Assembly: GCA_944380065.1 (NCBI GenBank)
Contig: CALWGM010000114.1
Coordinates: 31,082 to 95,081, forward strand
DNA length: 64,000 nucleotides
Source of the DNA: an uncultured Lachnospiraceae bacterium
Lineage (GTDB): Bacteria > Bacillota > Clostridia > Lachnospirales > Lachnospiraceae
Direction of reading: 5' to 3'
A program made the translations under genes and the position numbers. Under the pieces are notes generated by a model. It saw only the letters and a list, made by a program, of their open reading frames with translations, was not told the DNA's origin and made no database searches. This document shows positions 42,651-53,400 of this stretch, piece after piece. Numbering within the stretch: position 1 is the stretch's first letter; the number at the start of each line of letters is the position of its first letter.

Positions 42651-45371
42651 TCAATGCGCCTCGTACCAGTTCTTCCCGGCCTTCATATCCACTTCCAGAT
42701 CCACGGAAAGCTCCGCCGCCGCGCGCATCTCATGGCTTAAAATCTCCTTCACCTGTTCCGCCTCCTCCGGCGCCGTCTCCACCAGCAGCTCATCGTGTAC
42801 CTGCAGGATCAGCCGGGAGCGCAGATGCTCCTCTTTCAGGCGGCGGTGCACCCGGATCATGGCAATCTTGATGATGTCCGCCGCGGTTCCCTGGATCGGG
42901 GAATTCATGGCGATCCTCTCCCCGAACTGTCGCTGCATGAAATTGCTGGAGGAAAGCTCCGGCACCGGCCGGCGCCTGCCGAACAGAGTCTCGGCGTAGC
43001 CCTTTTCCTTAGCTTTTTTCACCGCGCCGTCCAGGAAGGCTTTGATCCCCGGGAAGGTGGCGAAATAATTTTCAATATATTCCTGCGCCTCCTTCCGGGA
43101 AATACTCAGATCCTGGCTCAGTCCGAAGGAGCTGATCCCGTAGACGATCCCGAAATTCACCGCCTTGGCGTTGCGCCGCTGCAGGGGCGTCACCGCTTCC
43201 GGCGCCACATGGAACACCTGGGACGCGGTGATCCGGTGGATGTCCTCCGCATGCCGGTAGGCGGCGATCAGGTTTTCATCCTCGGACATATGGGCCAGCA
43301 CCCGCAGTTCGATCTGGGAATAGTCCGCGTCGATAAAAAGATCTCCCTCCCTGGGGATAAAGACCTTGCGGATCAGCCGTCCCAGCTCCATCCGCACCGG
43401 GATATTCTGCAGATTCGGCTCTGTGCTGCTTAAACGCCCGGTGGCCGTGATGGTCTGGTGGAAGGTGGTATGGATCCTGCCGTCTGCGGCGATGCAGGGC
43501 ACCAGTCCGTCCGCATAGGTGGATTTCAGCTTGGTCAGCTGCCGGTATTCCAGGATCTCCGACACGATGGGATAATCCGGCGCCAGCTTCTCCAGCACGT
43601 CCGCCGCTGTGGAAAATCCGGTTTTCGTCTTCTTCCCGTTGGGCATCTTCAGCTTTTCAAACAGGATCGCCCCCAGCTGTTTCGGGGAATTGATATTAAA
43701 CGCCTCCCCCGCCTTCTCATAGATACTCTGCTCTAACTTTTCAATCTGCCCCACCAACTCCTGCCCGTAAGCCTTCAGCGCTTCCCCGTCCGCCCGGACG
43801 CCGGTTTTCTCCATGTCGTCCAGCACAAAGACCAGCGGCAGTTCGATCTCCCGGTACAGCGTTTCCATTCCCTGTTCCGCCAGCGCCTCAAGCAGCGGCT
43901 GCTCCGCCTTCAGGCAGGTACAGGCTGTATAGCAGGCCAACTTCGCCGCGGCTTCCGGCTGCTCCACGGCAGCCTTCGGCAGTTTCAGTTTCCCTAAAAG
44001 ATCCGTCCGGGCGGGAATCATCTCCCCCAGATAATCCCTGGCGATATCGTCATACGAATATTCATTTTTCAGCGGATTTAAAAGGTAGGCTGCCAGATTC
44101 ACATCCATCACCTTTCCCTCCGCCAGTTCCACATGCTTTAACAGCGCCTTGATATCCGGCGCGATCACCCGGCCGCACCCGCCGCAAAGCCGCTGCAGCC
44201 CGGCCGCCAGTTCCTCCGCAGACATGGTTTCCCCGCAGGGGAAAAACGCGACCCGGATCCCTGCCGTTTTCTTCCCGGCCGGGTCTTTGCCGCCATCTCC
44301 GGCCGGCTGCGAACCCGGCCGCCAGGCCACAGCAGCGCCGTACACCTGTCCGGCCTCCTCCAAAAGAGCCACCGCCAGCCGCATTTCCTCTTCCGCAGCG
44401 CAGGCTTTCTCTTCCGCGGCCAGATCCTCCAAAAGCTGCTCTGCCTCTTCTCGGTCTGTCAGGATACAGAAGTTCTCTTCCACAGATCCTTCCCCCGCGT
44501 CCGCATGCTCAAACCGGGTCAGCATCTGTTTGAATTCCAGCTTTTTAAACCAGAGATAGGCTTCCGGCGTATACAGTTCTCCCATCCGGGCAGCCTCCAT
44601 GTCAAACGAAAGATCCGCATGGGTTTCGATGGCAGCCAGGGTCTTGCTCATCTGCGCCAGGTCATAATGCTCCGCCAGCGCGTTCTGCGCCCGCTTCGGT
44701 TTGATCTCCTCCAAATGGGCGTAAGCGTTCTCAATGCTCCTGTAGGCGGCGATGATGTTCGTCGCCCCCTTCTCCCCGATCCCCGGCACCCCGGGGATAT
44801 TGTCCGAGCTGTCGCCCATCAGCGCCTTGACGTCGATGAACTCCTTCGGCGTCACCTGGTAGCGCTCCAGCACATCCGCCGCGTAATAATCCTCGATCTC
44901 GGTCCCGGTCCGTTTGGTTTTGGGAATACGGATCTTCACCTTCTCTGTGGCCAGCTGCAGAAGATCCCGGTCCCCGGAGATAATGCTGACCTCCATGCCG
45001 GCTCCCTCCGCCCGCACGGAAAGTGTCCCTAAGATATCGTCCGCCTCCAGTCCCGGCTGCTCCACCGTCACCACGCCCATGGCCGCTAAGACCTCTTTCA
45101 TCACCGGCACCTGCTGGCGCAGTTCCTCCACCATGGGTTTCCTGGTTCCTTTATAGGCTTCATACATCTGATGCCGGAAGGTAGGCTCGCTGCGGTCAAA
45201 AGCCACCGCCAGATACTGCGGCTTTTCCTCATCCAGGATCTTAAATAAAATATTCAGGAACCCGTAGACCGCGTTCGTATGCAGCCCCTCCGAGTTGGTC
45301 AGATCCGGCACGCCGAAAAACGCCCGGTTCAAAATACTGTGTCCGTCAATTAAAACTATTTTTTCACTCAT
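42651..45371 (-). CDS. polA: DNA polymerase I
   Basis: LIDGHSILNRAF, EADDILGT, GDSSDNIPGVPGIG, TGRLSSTEPNLQNIP, DYSQIELR, KAVNFGIVYG, QVHDEL. Confidence 0.99.
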   Translation of the reverse strand: MSEKIVLIDGHSILNRAFFGVPDLTNSEGLHTNAVYGFLNILFKILDEEKPQYLAVAFDRSEPTFRHQMYEAYKGTRKPMVEELRQQVPVMKEVLAAMGVVTVEQPGLEADDILGTLSVRAEGAGMEVSIISGDRDLLQLATEKVKIRIPKTKRTGTEIEDYYAADVLERYQVTPKEFIDVKALMGDSSDNIPGVPGIGEKGATNIIAAYRSIENAYAHLEEIKPKRAQNALAEHYDLAQMSKTLAAIETHADLSFDMEAARMGELYTPEAYLWFKKLEFKQMLTRFEHADAGEGSVEENFCILTDREEAEQLLEDLAAEEKACAAEEEMRLAVALLEEAGQVYGAAVAWRPGSQPAGDGGKDPAGKKTAGIRVAFFPCGETMSAEELAAGLQRLCGGCGRVIAPDIKALLKHVELAEGKVMDVNLAAYLLNPLKNEYSYDDIARDYLGEMIPARTDLLGKLKLPKAAVEQPEAAAKLACYTACTCLKAEQPLLEALAEQGMETLYREIELPLVFVLDDMEKTGVRADGEALKAYGQELVGQIEKLEQSIYEKAGEAFNINSPKQLGAILFEKLKMPNGKKTKTGFSTAADVLEKLAPDYPIVSEILEYRQLTKLKSTYADGLVPCIAADGRIHTTFHQTITATGRLSSTEPNLQNIPVRMELGRLIRKVFIPREGDLFIDADYSQIELRVLAHMSEDENLIAAYRHAEDIHRITASQVFHVAPEAVTPLQRRNAKAVNFGIVYGISSFGLSQDLSISRKEAQEYIENYFATFPGIKAFLDGAVKKAKEKGYAETLFGRRRPVPELSSSNFMQRQFGERIAMNSPIQGTAADIIKIAMIRVHRRLKEEHLRSRLILQVHDELLVETAPEEAEQVKEILSHEMRAAAELSVDLEVDMKAGKNWYEAH

Positions 45372-45426
45372 ACTGCACCCGTTTTCCACAATTTTTCCAT
45401 CAGGCCGGCACGCAGGCCGTCTTTTC

Positions 45427-47229
45427 CTACACTTCCCGCGTGTAAATCTTCAGCCACTCCCGCTCCTCTTCGGTCAGGAACGGCGATACCGTTTCATATA
45501 CCCTCTTATGATACTCATTCAGCTGTTTTTTCTCTTTCTGCGTCATCAGCTCCGGGTCGATACCGTCCAGATCGATGGGACAGTATGTGATATTCTCAAA
45601 CCGCAGGAACTGCCCGTACTCATTTTTTTCATCCTCCACGCAGATCAGTTCATTCTCCGTGCGGATGCCGTACTCGCCCTCCAGATAAACCCCCGGCTCA
45701 TCCGTGGTGATCATTCCAGGCTCCAGCACGCCGCTGTCCTTGCGCTCCGGGACGATTCTGTAGCGGAACCCGTTGGGGCCTTCATGGACATTCAGGATAT
45801 GCCCCACGCCGTGCCCGGTACCGCAGCGGTAATCGATCCCCATCTCCCAGAGCGGCGCCCGGCAGATCACATCCAGGCTGGTTCCGGCACAGCCGTAAAG
45901 AAATTTCAGGTTCGCCAGCGCCATATTGCAGCGCACCACCGTCGTATAGTGCAGCTTCATCTGCGGCGTAACCGGCCCCAGGACAAAGGTTCTGGTAATA
46001 TCCGTAGTCCCTTCCAAGTAATGTCCGCCGGAATCCACCAGCAGCATCCCCTCCGGCAGGATCTGCGCCGCCGTTTCCGGATCCGCGGAATAATGCATCA
46101 TGGCCGCATTGGGGCCGAAGGCGCAGATATCCCCGAAACTCAGATCCAGGAAATGCTCCTGCTCTGCCCGCAGCCCGTCTAACATTTCCTGCGCCGTATA
46201 CTCCGTCATGGGGATCCTGCCCACGTTGGTTTTCAGCCAGTACATAAATTTTGTCATGGCCACGCCGTCCTTTTGATGCGCCCTGCGGGTGTTGGCCAGC
46301 TCCGTCGGATTTTTCACCGCCTTCATCCGCTCCGAAGGGTTTTCCCGGTCAATGACCGTCACCCCGGGCTGCAGGGAAGAGATCGCCCTGCAGCTCACCT
46401 GCTTTTTGTCCGCCAAGAGGGCTGTGCCTGCCGGCAGCTCTGCCAGCGCGCCGTAAATCTCCCCGTAAGGCCGGATCTCCACGCCGCAGTTTCCCAGATA
46501 CGCGCGCACCTCATCATCCACAGCCTCCTCCTGGATATACAGGCGGACGTCCGCCTCCCCGATCAGCAGGAAGGACAGAAACACCGGGACGTGACTGATA
46601 TCGTCTGCCCGCAGGTTCAGGATCCAGGCGTTGTCGCAGAGGCTGGATATTAGATGGTACCCGGCCCCCGCCTCCCGCATGGCCTCCCGGATGCGCCCGA
46701 TCTTGGAGGCAGCGCTTTCCCCGCTGTACTCCTCTTTCAGGATCCAGGTCCTGGTACAGGACATGGGCGGCCGCTCCGTCCAGATCTTCCCGGCCAGATC
46801 CTCCGTCACAGACAGGGTTCCCTGCTTTTTCTCCACGACAGCGCGCAGTTTGTCCGCCTGGGCGGCGTCCACGGTCCGTCCGTCAAATCCCAAAACGCCA
46901 TGCTGCGGCAGATTCTGCCCGATAAACTCCCCGATGGTGGGAACGCCTTCCACCCCCATCCGGTACAGTTCAAAGCCGCTTCCCTCTAACTCTGCCGCTG
47001 CCTGGATAAAATAACGCCCGTCCGTCCAGAGCCCCGCCTGGTCAGCCGTCACCACCGCGGTTCCCGCAGACCCGGTAAATCCGGTGATATACCGGCGCAC
47101 TTTAAAATATTCCCCCACATACTCCGAATTATGGAAATCTGCCGTGGGGATCAGATAAATATCCACTCCCTGTTGTTTCATCTCTGCCCGCAGCGCGGCC
47201 AGACGCTCTCTCTGTTCCATATATGACAC
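45427..47229 (-). CDS. Xaa-Pro aminopeptidase (M24 family)
   Basis: TGFTGSAG, LWTDGRY, DSGGHY..GTTDITRT, HGVGH, EPG.Y..G.YGIR.EN. Confidence 0.95.
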   Translation of the reverse strand: MSYMEQRERLAALRAEMKQQGVDIYLIPTADFHNSEYVGEYFKVRRYITGFTGSAGTAVVTADQAGLWTDGRYFIQAAAELEGSGFELYRMGVEGVPTIGEFIGQNLPQHGVLGFDGRTVDAAQADKLRAVVEKKQGTLSVTEDLAGKIWTERPPMSCTRTWILKEEYSGESAASKIGRIREAMREAGAGYHLISSLCDNAWILNLRADDISHVPVFLSFLLIGEADVRLYIQEEAVDDEVRAYLGNCGVEIRPYGEIYGALAELPAGTALLADKKQVSCRAISSLQPGVTVIDRENPSERMKAVKNPTELANTRRAHQKDGVAMTKFMYWLKTNVGRIPMTEYTAQEMLDGLRAEQEHFLDLSFGDICAFGPNAAMMHYSADPETAAQILPEGMLLVDSGGHYLEGTTDITRTFVLGPVTPQMKLHYTTVVRCNMALANLKFLYGCAGTSLDVICRAPLWEMGIDYRCGTGHGVGHILNVHEGPNGFRYRIVPERKDSGVLEPGMITTDEPGVYLEGEYGIRTENELICVEDEKNEYGQFLRFENITYCPIDLDGIDPELMTQKEKKQLNEYHKRVYETVSPFLTEEEREWLKIYTREV

Positions 47230-47280
47230 CTCGCATTTCCGGCCCGCAGGATCTGCCCCGCCGCCGTTTTCTTCCGTCTG

Positions 47281-47745
47281 TTATCTCACGGACATTTTAT
47301 AATCCCGCTCTGCCTCCCGGCGCTGATCCTTCTTCGCAATATCCTGCCGTTTGTCGTAGAGCTTTTTCCCTCTGGCGAGACCGATCTCCACCTTGATCAG
47401 GTCCCCCTTGATATAAACCTTCAGCGGCACTAAAGTATATCCCTTTTCCGCGATCTTGCCGCTGATCTTATTGATCTCATATCTGTGAAGCAGCAGCTTC
47501 TTCGGCCGCATGGGGTCGCGGTTGAAAATATTTCCCTTTTCATAGGGGCTGATATGCAGGCCGTAGGCAATCACTTCCCCGTTCTCAATCCGGATGAAGG
47601 ACTCCTTCACACTGCATTTGCCCATGCGGACAGACTTTACCTCCGTACCGTGAAGGGCAATCCCCGCCTCATAGGTATCCTCTATAAAATAATCATGATA
47701 CGCTTTTTTATTATTCGCGATCAGTTTGATACTGTTTTTTCCCAT
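47281..47745 (-). CDS. smpB: SsrA-binding protein
   Basis: [40 protein letters not shown]. Confidence 0.99.
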   Translation of the reverse strand: MGKNSIKLIANNKKAYHDYFIEDTYEAGIALHGTEVKSVRMGKCSVKESFIRIENGEVIAYGLHISPYEKGNIFNRDPMRPKKLLLHRYEINKISGKIAEKGYTLVPLKVYIKGDLIKVEIGLARGKKLYDKRQDIAKKDQRREAERDYKMSVR

Positions 47746-49883
47746 TCTTCCTCCTCATCTTTCAGCAGGGCGAACTGAATCTGGCGCAGCAGCCGGTCGG
47801 CGCCGGTCACCCGGATCCTCACGGTCTGCCCCAACTTGTAGCGCTTTCCGGTATGTTCCCCCGCCATCTCATAGGTATCCTCCAGATATTCGTAATAGTC
47901 CCCGGGGATATCCGCCACGTGAACCATGCCTTCCACCGTATTGGGAAGCTCCACATAGATGCCGTATTTGGTGATGCCGGAGATCACGCCCTCGTAAATC
48001 CGGCCGATGCGCTGCTCCATGTACTCCACCTTTTTCATCTTGATGGTCTCCCGCTCCGCCTCCTCCGCCCGGCGTTCCAGTTCGCTGGTCTCTCTAGCCA
48101 CAGCCGGCAGGATTTTCTCATAGTGCTCCCGGCGCCCGCCGTCCATGCGGCCCCGCAGGGTCTCCTTGATGATCCGGTGAATCTGCAGATCCGGGTACCT
48201 GCGGATGGGGGAGGTAAAATGACAGTAGTATTTGGCTGCCAGGCCGAAATGTCCCACACACTCCACCGAGTATCTGGCCTGCTTCATGGAGCGCAGCGTC
48301 AGCCGCGAGATCAGCGGCTCCACCGGGGTATCGTCGATCTTCTCCAGCAGCTTCTGCAGCTCCTTGGGATGCACTTCCTCCCCGGCCAGATGGATATGGT
48401 AACCAAAATTATTGATAAAGGTGCCTAACTTCCTGATTTTTTCCGTATCCGGCGTCTCATGCGTCCGGTACAGGAACGGGATCTCCTGCCAGAAGAAATC
48501 CTGCGCCACCGTCTCGTTGGCCGTCAGCATAAAGTCCTCGGTGATCTTTGTGGCTGGGTTCCGGTCGTAGGGACGGATATCCAGCGGATGCCCCTCCCCG
48601 TCTAAGATCACCTTTGTCTCCGGGAAATCAAAATCAATGGAACCGCGCTTTCTCCGTCTGGCACGCAGAAGGTCCGCCAGCTCCTTCATCAGGAAAAACT
48701 GTCCCGCAAAATCCCGGTACCGCTCCGTGGTCTCCGGATCCTTCAGGGTAATGATCTTATTTACGTCCGTGTAGCTCATCCGGCGGTCTACACGGATCAC
48801 CGTCTCCGCGATCCGGTGATCCACGATGTTCCCTTTTTCATCCACCGTCATCAGGCAGCTCAGCGCCAGACGGTCCTCCCCCGCATTCAGGGAGCAGATC
48901 CCGTTGGACAGGGTATGGGGCAGCATGGGGATCACCCGGTCCACCAGGTAAACGCTGGTTCCCCGCTTCAGCGCCTCCACATCCAGGGCGCTGCGCTCCT
49001 GCACATAATTGGTCACATCCGCAATGTGCACTCCCAATTCATACGTGCCGTCGCTGTTCTTTCGCACAGAAACAGCATCGTCCAGATCCTTCGCGTCCTC
49101 CCCGTCAATGGTCACCATGGGCAGCTCCCGCAGATCCAGACGACCGGCCCTGTCTGCCTCCGAGACAGGTCTGGACACCCGCTCCGCCTGGTTTAAAACC
49201 CGCTCCGGGAATTCCAGGGGAAGATCATATGCCCGGATCAGGGAGAGGATATCCACCCCCGGGTCATTCACATGCCCTAAAATTTCCGTGATCCTGCCCT
49301 CCGGCTTTTTCCCGTTCCCGCCGTAGGAGGTCAGCTCCGCCACCACCTTATGTCCGTCCACAGCGCCCTTCGAGCGCTCGACGGGAACAAAGATGTCCAT
49401 GCGGATCCGCGGGTTGTCCGGACGCACAAAACCAAAATTGGGACTGGATTTCTCATAAATCCCCACCACCGATTTCAGGCCGTGTTCCAGGATCTCCATC
49501 ACCTTTCCCTCTCTCCGTTTTCCGTCCGAGGGGATCAGCATCACCCTGACCACATCCTCATGGATGGCTCCCCCGGTATTGGGTTCCGCGATAAAAATAT
49601 CCTCCTCTTCCCCTTCCACGGTCACAAAGCCAAAGCCCCGGGCGTGGGCGGTAAAAACACCGGTCAGAAACTTCGTCTCCCCCTTCCGGTACTTTCCCCT
49701 GGGGGAAAGCTCGATCTTCCCCTCCCGGACCAGCGCATCCAGCACTTCCCGCAGCTGGGGGCGCTGCTCCTTCGGGATATTTAACAGCATGGCCATCTCT
49801 TTGATCTTCATGGGGCGGTAGAGATCATCGCAGACCAGGTCATAGATAACTTTTTTTCTTTTTTCAAGTTCTTCTCTCTGCAT
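47721..49883 (-). CDS. rnr: Ribonuclease R
   Basis: Cold-shock domains, [34 protein letters not shown]-terminal S1; secG-rnr-smpB synteny. Confidence 0.98.
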   Translation of the reverse strand: MQREELEKRKKVIYDLVCDDLYRPMKIKEMAMLLNIPKEQRPQLREVLDALVREGKIELSPRGKYRKGETKFLTGVFTAHARGFGFVTVEGEEEDIFIAEPNTGGAIHEDVVRVMLIPSDGKRREGKVMEILEHGLKSVVGIYEKSSPNFGFVRPDNPRIRMDIFVPVERSKGAVDGHKVVAELTSYGGNGKKPEGRITEILGHVNDPGVDILSLIRAYDLPLEFPERVLNQAERVSRPVSEADRAGRLDLRELPMVTIDGEDAKDLDDAVSVRKNSDGTYELGVHIADVTNYVQERSALDVEALKRGTSVYLVDRVIPMLPHTLSNGICSLNAGEDRLALSCLMTVDEKGNIVDHRIAETVIRVDRRMSYTDVNKIITLKDPETTERYRDFAGQFFLMKELADLLRARRRKRGSIDFDFPETKVILDGEGHPLDIRPYDRNPATKITEDFMLTANETVAQDFFWQEIPFLYRTHETPDTEKIRKLGTFINNFGYHIHLAGEEVHPKELQKLLEKIDDTPVEPLISRLTLRSMKQARYSVECVGHFGLAAKYYCHFTSPIRRYPDLQIHRIIKETLRGRMDGGRREHYEKILPAVARETSELERRAEEAERETIKMKKVEYMEQRIGRIYEGVISGITKYGIYVELPNTVEGMVHVADIPGDYYEYLEDTYEMAGEHTGKRYKLGQTVRIRVTGADRLLRQIQFALLKDEEEEWEKTVSN

Positions 49884-49905
49884 TCCTCTTCTCCTTCGGA
49901 TTCAT

Positions 49906-49937
49906 GCAAAAAGGCTGTCGTATCCTTACGACAGCCT
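49906..49937 (-). terminator. Intrinsic terminator after secG
   Basis: 11-bp stem AGGCTGTCGTA/TACGACAGCCT followed by a T-run on the minus strand. Confidence 0.75.
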
Positions 49938-49949
49938 CTGATGTACTTC

Positions 49950-50195
49950 TTACTGAAAACTTCCGATATTTAACACTGCCGAAATTGCAAGGAACAAAAA
50001 CAGCAGAACTCTCGTGATCTTAACAAGCATGCCCTCCATGGAGCGTCCTTTGTTCTTGCCCCAGTAACTGTCAATGCTTGTACCGGACAGAGAACCAAGC
50101 CCCTGGTTCTTTCCCTCCTGCATCAGCACGACGATGGTCATAATCACACTCAATATCATAAATACAATCTGTACGATAATCCTGACAGTTGCCAC
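49950..50195 (-). CDS. secG: Preprotein translocase subunit SecG
   Basis: Two TM helices around LMQEGKNQGLGSLSG..YWGKNKGRS; GTG start after AGGAGG. Confidence 0.93.
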   Translation of the reverse strand: MATVRIIVQIVFMILSVIMTIVVLMQEGKNQGLGSLSGTSIDSYWGKNKGRSMEGMLVKITRVLLFLFLAISAVLNIGSFQ

Positions 50196-50296
50196 AATCC
50201 ACACCTCCTGTGAACAAAATATGACACGGGCACTCCTGTGCGCCCACAACTGCATTTGATTTTAACACACCGCCTGCCAAAACACAAGAAAAATTT

Positions 50297-52351
50297 TTAC
50301 AGCTGATATACCTTCGTGCCAAAGGCCGGCAGCACCACATCCCCCTGAAGGATCTTCCCGTCGTCCAGATCCACCGCTTCCTGCTTCAGCGTAACCGTCC
50401 GCGGCTCCCAGGCAAAGTTAAGCACCATCAGGTATCTCCTGCCGTCCTTTTCCCGAACCGCGATCTCACAGTCCGCAGGCACTGCCACCTGATCCGCCCA
50501 GGGCTCCAGGACGCCCGTGTACGCCAGGAACTCCCTGATATTCTCCCGGGTGAAGGTTCCGCCGAAATGAAGCACCTTTCCCTTTCCGGCCGCAGTCTCC
50601 ACCAGCGCCGGGCTGCCTGCGTAGTAACTGCCGCCATAGACAGCCAGCACCTTTGCCTCCGGTTTCTCCGCGGATAGAATGTCGTTAAATAAGCCGGTCT
50701 CTACCTCTTTTCCGTTCCACTCCATGGAAACCGCATCATCGGCCGGCCCCACAAAAGTAAACTCCCTCACATCGGAACCGCTGACATTCTTCAAAAGCCC
50801 CGGCATGGGAGCCATGACGCAATGGCCGTCCATATCCTTCAGGCCGCTGCGGGCGCCGATGATGAGGATGCCTCCCTGCTCCACATAGGCTTTCAGAAGC
50901 TCCGCTCTCTTCTCACTGAGCAGCATCGGATGGGGGTAGATCAATACCGGGTATTTCTGCAGCTCCTCTGCCGCCGACCCGTCGTGGATATACACGATAT
51001 CATAGGGCGTATGGCTCTCCTGGGCTCCCACAAAAATCTCCTGCTCGCTGCTCTTTGCCAGCCGTCCGTGCCAGACATCCAGCCGGGCGTCCGCCACATT
51101 GTCATAATCTTTCACCAGCGCAAACGCGGCTTTATACTCGGAACCGGCCAGGTCTGAGATCGCTCTGACCCGGTCCCGGATCTGACGCACCTCCGCCAGC
51201 TTCCGGTTATCCCGGTTATCATAATCCAGAATGCCGTGCCAGTAGATCTCCGTTCCCACACAGGCCGTCCGCCAGCGGAAGAAACTCACATAGTCTGCTC
51301 CATGTGCGATACTCTGCATGGCCCACAAAATCATCTGACCCGGTTTCGGGGCGGGAGCTTCCATCCGGGTATTCCATCCGTTGGCTCCGGACTGCTGCTC
51401 CATAATGCCGAAATGAGGACAGATGGAACGGACTTCCGTCAGGTTCATACTCCACTTCCGGTCCTTCAGCATCTTATTATTCTTCGGATCCGCATCCAGA
51501 CAATAAGCAAAATTCGGATAGGAGTCATAGGTATAAACATCCAGACACTCATCTTCCATCCTGTGATTATCCAGATTGCCAAACATACCATTGGTGGTGA
51601 TAAAATCACCGGGCTTCACATATTTGCGGATAATATCACACTGCATTTTGCAGAAACGGATGCAGCTTTCTGAAACGAACCGGAAATAATCCAGGGTCTG
51701 GTGAGGATTCGTGCTGTTATGTATCGTTGTCCGGGGCACATAGATCTCCTCCCAGGCCGTATAGGTCTGGTTCCAGACAATGGTTCCCCAGGCTTCATTC
51801 AAAGCGTTTAACGTCTGATACTTCTCCTTCAGGAATTCCCGGAAAGCAAGGGTGTCGCTCTCGGAATAAAACTCATCCACCTCGCAGTTCAGCTCATTAT
51901 CAATCTGCCAGCCGATGATGCAGGGCCGTTTCGCATAGTGCTCCGCGATCTTTTCCACAATCCGCGCCGACAGCTCCTGGTATTTCGGGGAATTGTAATT
52001 ATAATGACGCCTCATTCCATGACGGTAGGGTACGCCGTCCATCCGGCAGTTTAAGGCCTCCGGATACTTTTCCGTCAGCCATACCGGCGGCGTGGCGGTG
52101 GGCGTTCCCCAGATCACCTTCATCTGCTCTTCTTCCGCCACATCCAGAAACTGATCAAAAAATTCAAAGGTAAACTCTCCCTCGTGGGGCTCAATTTTAT
52201 TCCAGGCAAATTCCGCAATCCGGATGGTAAAAATACCGTTGGCCTTCATCCGCCGCAGGTCTTCCCTCCACAGAGCGGGATCCCAGTGTTCCGGATAATA
52301 GCAGGTTCCCAGATTCAGTTCTTTCCATTGAAAATTCTGTTGTTTTCTCAT
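50297..52351 (-). CDS. Beta-galactosidase, GH42 family
   Basis: GTCYYPEHW, EFAWNKIEP, GTPTATPP, WQIDNE (acid/base), MEQQ (nucleophile), YFRWR. Confidence 0.95.
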   Translation of the reverse strand: MRKQQNFQWKELNLGTCYYPEHWDPALWREDLRRMKANGIFTIRIAEFAWNKIEPHEGEFTFEFFDQFLDVAEEEQMKVIWGTPTATPPVWLTEKYPEALNCRMDGVPYRHGMRRHYNYNSPKYQELSARIVEKIAEHYAKRPCIIGWQIDNELNCEVDEFYSESDTLAFREFLKEKYQTLNALNEAWGTIVWNQTYTAWEEIYVPRTTIHNSTNPHQTLDYFRFVSESCIRFCKMQCDIIRKYVKPGDFITTNGMFGNLDNHRMEDECLDVYTYDSYPNFAYCLDADPKNNKMLKDRKWSMNLTEVRSICPHFGIMEQQSGANGWNTRMEAPAPKPGQMILWAMQSIAHGADYVSFFRWRTACVGTEIYWHGILDYDNRDNRKLAEVRQIRDRVRAISDLAGSEYKAAFALVKDYDNVADARLDVWHGRLAKSSEQEIFVGAQESHTPYDIVYIHDGSAAEELQKYPVLIYPHPMLLSEKRAELLKAYVEQGGILIIGARSGLKDMDGHCVMAPMPGLLKNVSGSDVREFTFVGPADDAVSMEWNGKEVETGLFNDILSAEKPEAKVLAVYGGSYYAGSPALVETAAGKGKVLHFGGTFTRENIREFLAYTGVLEPWADQVAVPADCEIAVREKDGRRYLMVLNFAWEPRTVTLKQEAVDLDDGKILQGDVVLPAFGTKVYQL

Positions 52352-52382
52352 GATATCCTCCTATACGTTTCTTCTCTTTTCA

Positions 52383-53384
52383 TCACGTGGATTCCCGCAG
52401 CAGGATCTGATAGGGAAGCAGGGTCCGCTCCGGCGCCTCCTCCTGCTCCATCAGGCAGAACAGCTTCCGGCACGCCGCCTCCCCCAGTTCCCTGGCGTCA
52501 AAGGCAATCGCCGTGATAGCCGGATCTGTATTTTCCAGCACCCAGCTGTTATAAAAGGACGCCACCCGCACATCCCGCGGGATCTGCAGATGTTCGCGCT
52601 GCAGCTTTCTCAGCAGCCAGCTGCAGATCACATCGTCCATGCACAGGAGCACACGGCACTTTTGCTCCAGCGCCTCATCCGCAGCCTGCTCCACCGCTTC
52701 CCGGCTCTCCAGGTTCAGGTAAATCTGGCTCTCCGGCAAATCCAGGCCGCACGCCCGGTAAGCATCCTGAAATCCCTCTAAGCGGTTCCAGGTAATAACC
52801 AGCGAGTCGCGTCCTCCCAGCAGGACGATCGACGGCCCGTGCCCCGAAAGAAGCTTCTCCGTCAGTTCCCGGCAGGCCGCACGCTGGTCATGATTCACCT
52901 GATAAACCCCGGGATAGTCCGTATCTCCCACGGCAACAAACGGGATCCGCTTTTTCTGCAGCAGTTCCACTGCCTGATCCTTCCGGTATGTCCGCAGCAG
53001 GATCACGCCGTCCACCTTCTGGTTCCTCACGATCCGCTCCAGACTGCCGTTATCTTCCTCGGTCCCGATACAGAGCAGGATATCGTAATCTTTCTGCTCC
53101 GCATACTGCTGGATCCCAACCATGGCTTTCTGGAAAAAAGAAAGCTCAGACAGATGGTAATTTTCCGGCAGGAGCACGCAGATATTAAAAGTTTTGGACT
53201 GCGCCAGCCCCCTGGCAATGATACTGGGCTTATAGTCGTTTTCCTCGATATATTCCAGCACCCGCCGCCGGGTCGCTTCACCGATCCGTCCTTTTCCCGA
53301 AATCGCCCGGCTTACCGTTGTCTTGGAGACCCCCAGCGCCTTCGCCACCTGGTCGATGGTTATCTTTCCGCTCTCTTTTTCCAT
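52383..53384 (-). CDS. LacI family transcriptional regulator
   Basis: TIDQVAKALGVSKTTVSRAI HTH, YKPS..ARGL hinge, periplasmic-binding-protein-type effector domain. Confidence 0.95.
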   Translation of the reverse strand: MEKESGKITIDQVAKALGVSKTTVSRAISGKGRIGEATRRRVLEYIEENDYKPSIIARGLAQSKTFNICVLLPENYHLSELSFFQKAMVGIQQYAEQKDYDILLCIGTEEDNGSLERIVRNQKVDGVILLRTYRKDQAVELLQKKRIPFVAVGDTDYPGVYQVNHDQRAACRELTEKLLSGHGPSIVLLGGRDSLVITWNRLEGFQDAYRACGLDLPESQIYLNLESREAVEQAADEALEQKCRVLLCMDDVICSWLLRKLQREHLQIPRDVRVASFYNSWVLENTDPAITAIAFDARELGEAACRKLFCLMEQEEAPERTLLPYQILLREST

Positions 53385-53400
53385 TCCAGCCTTCCTGTCC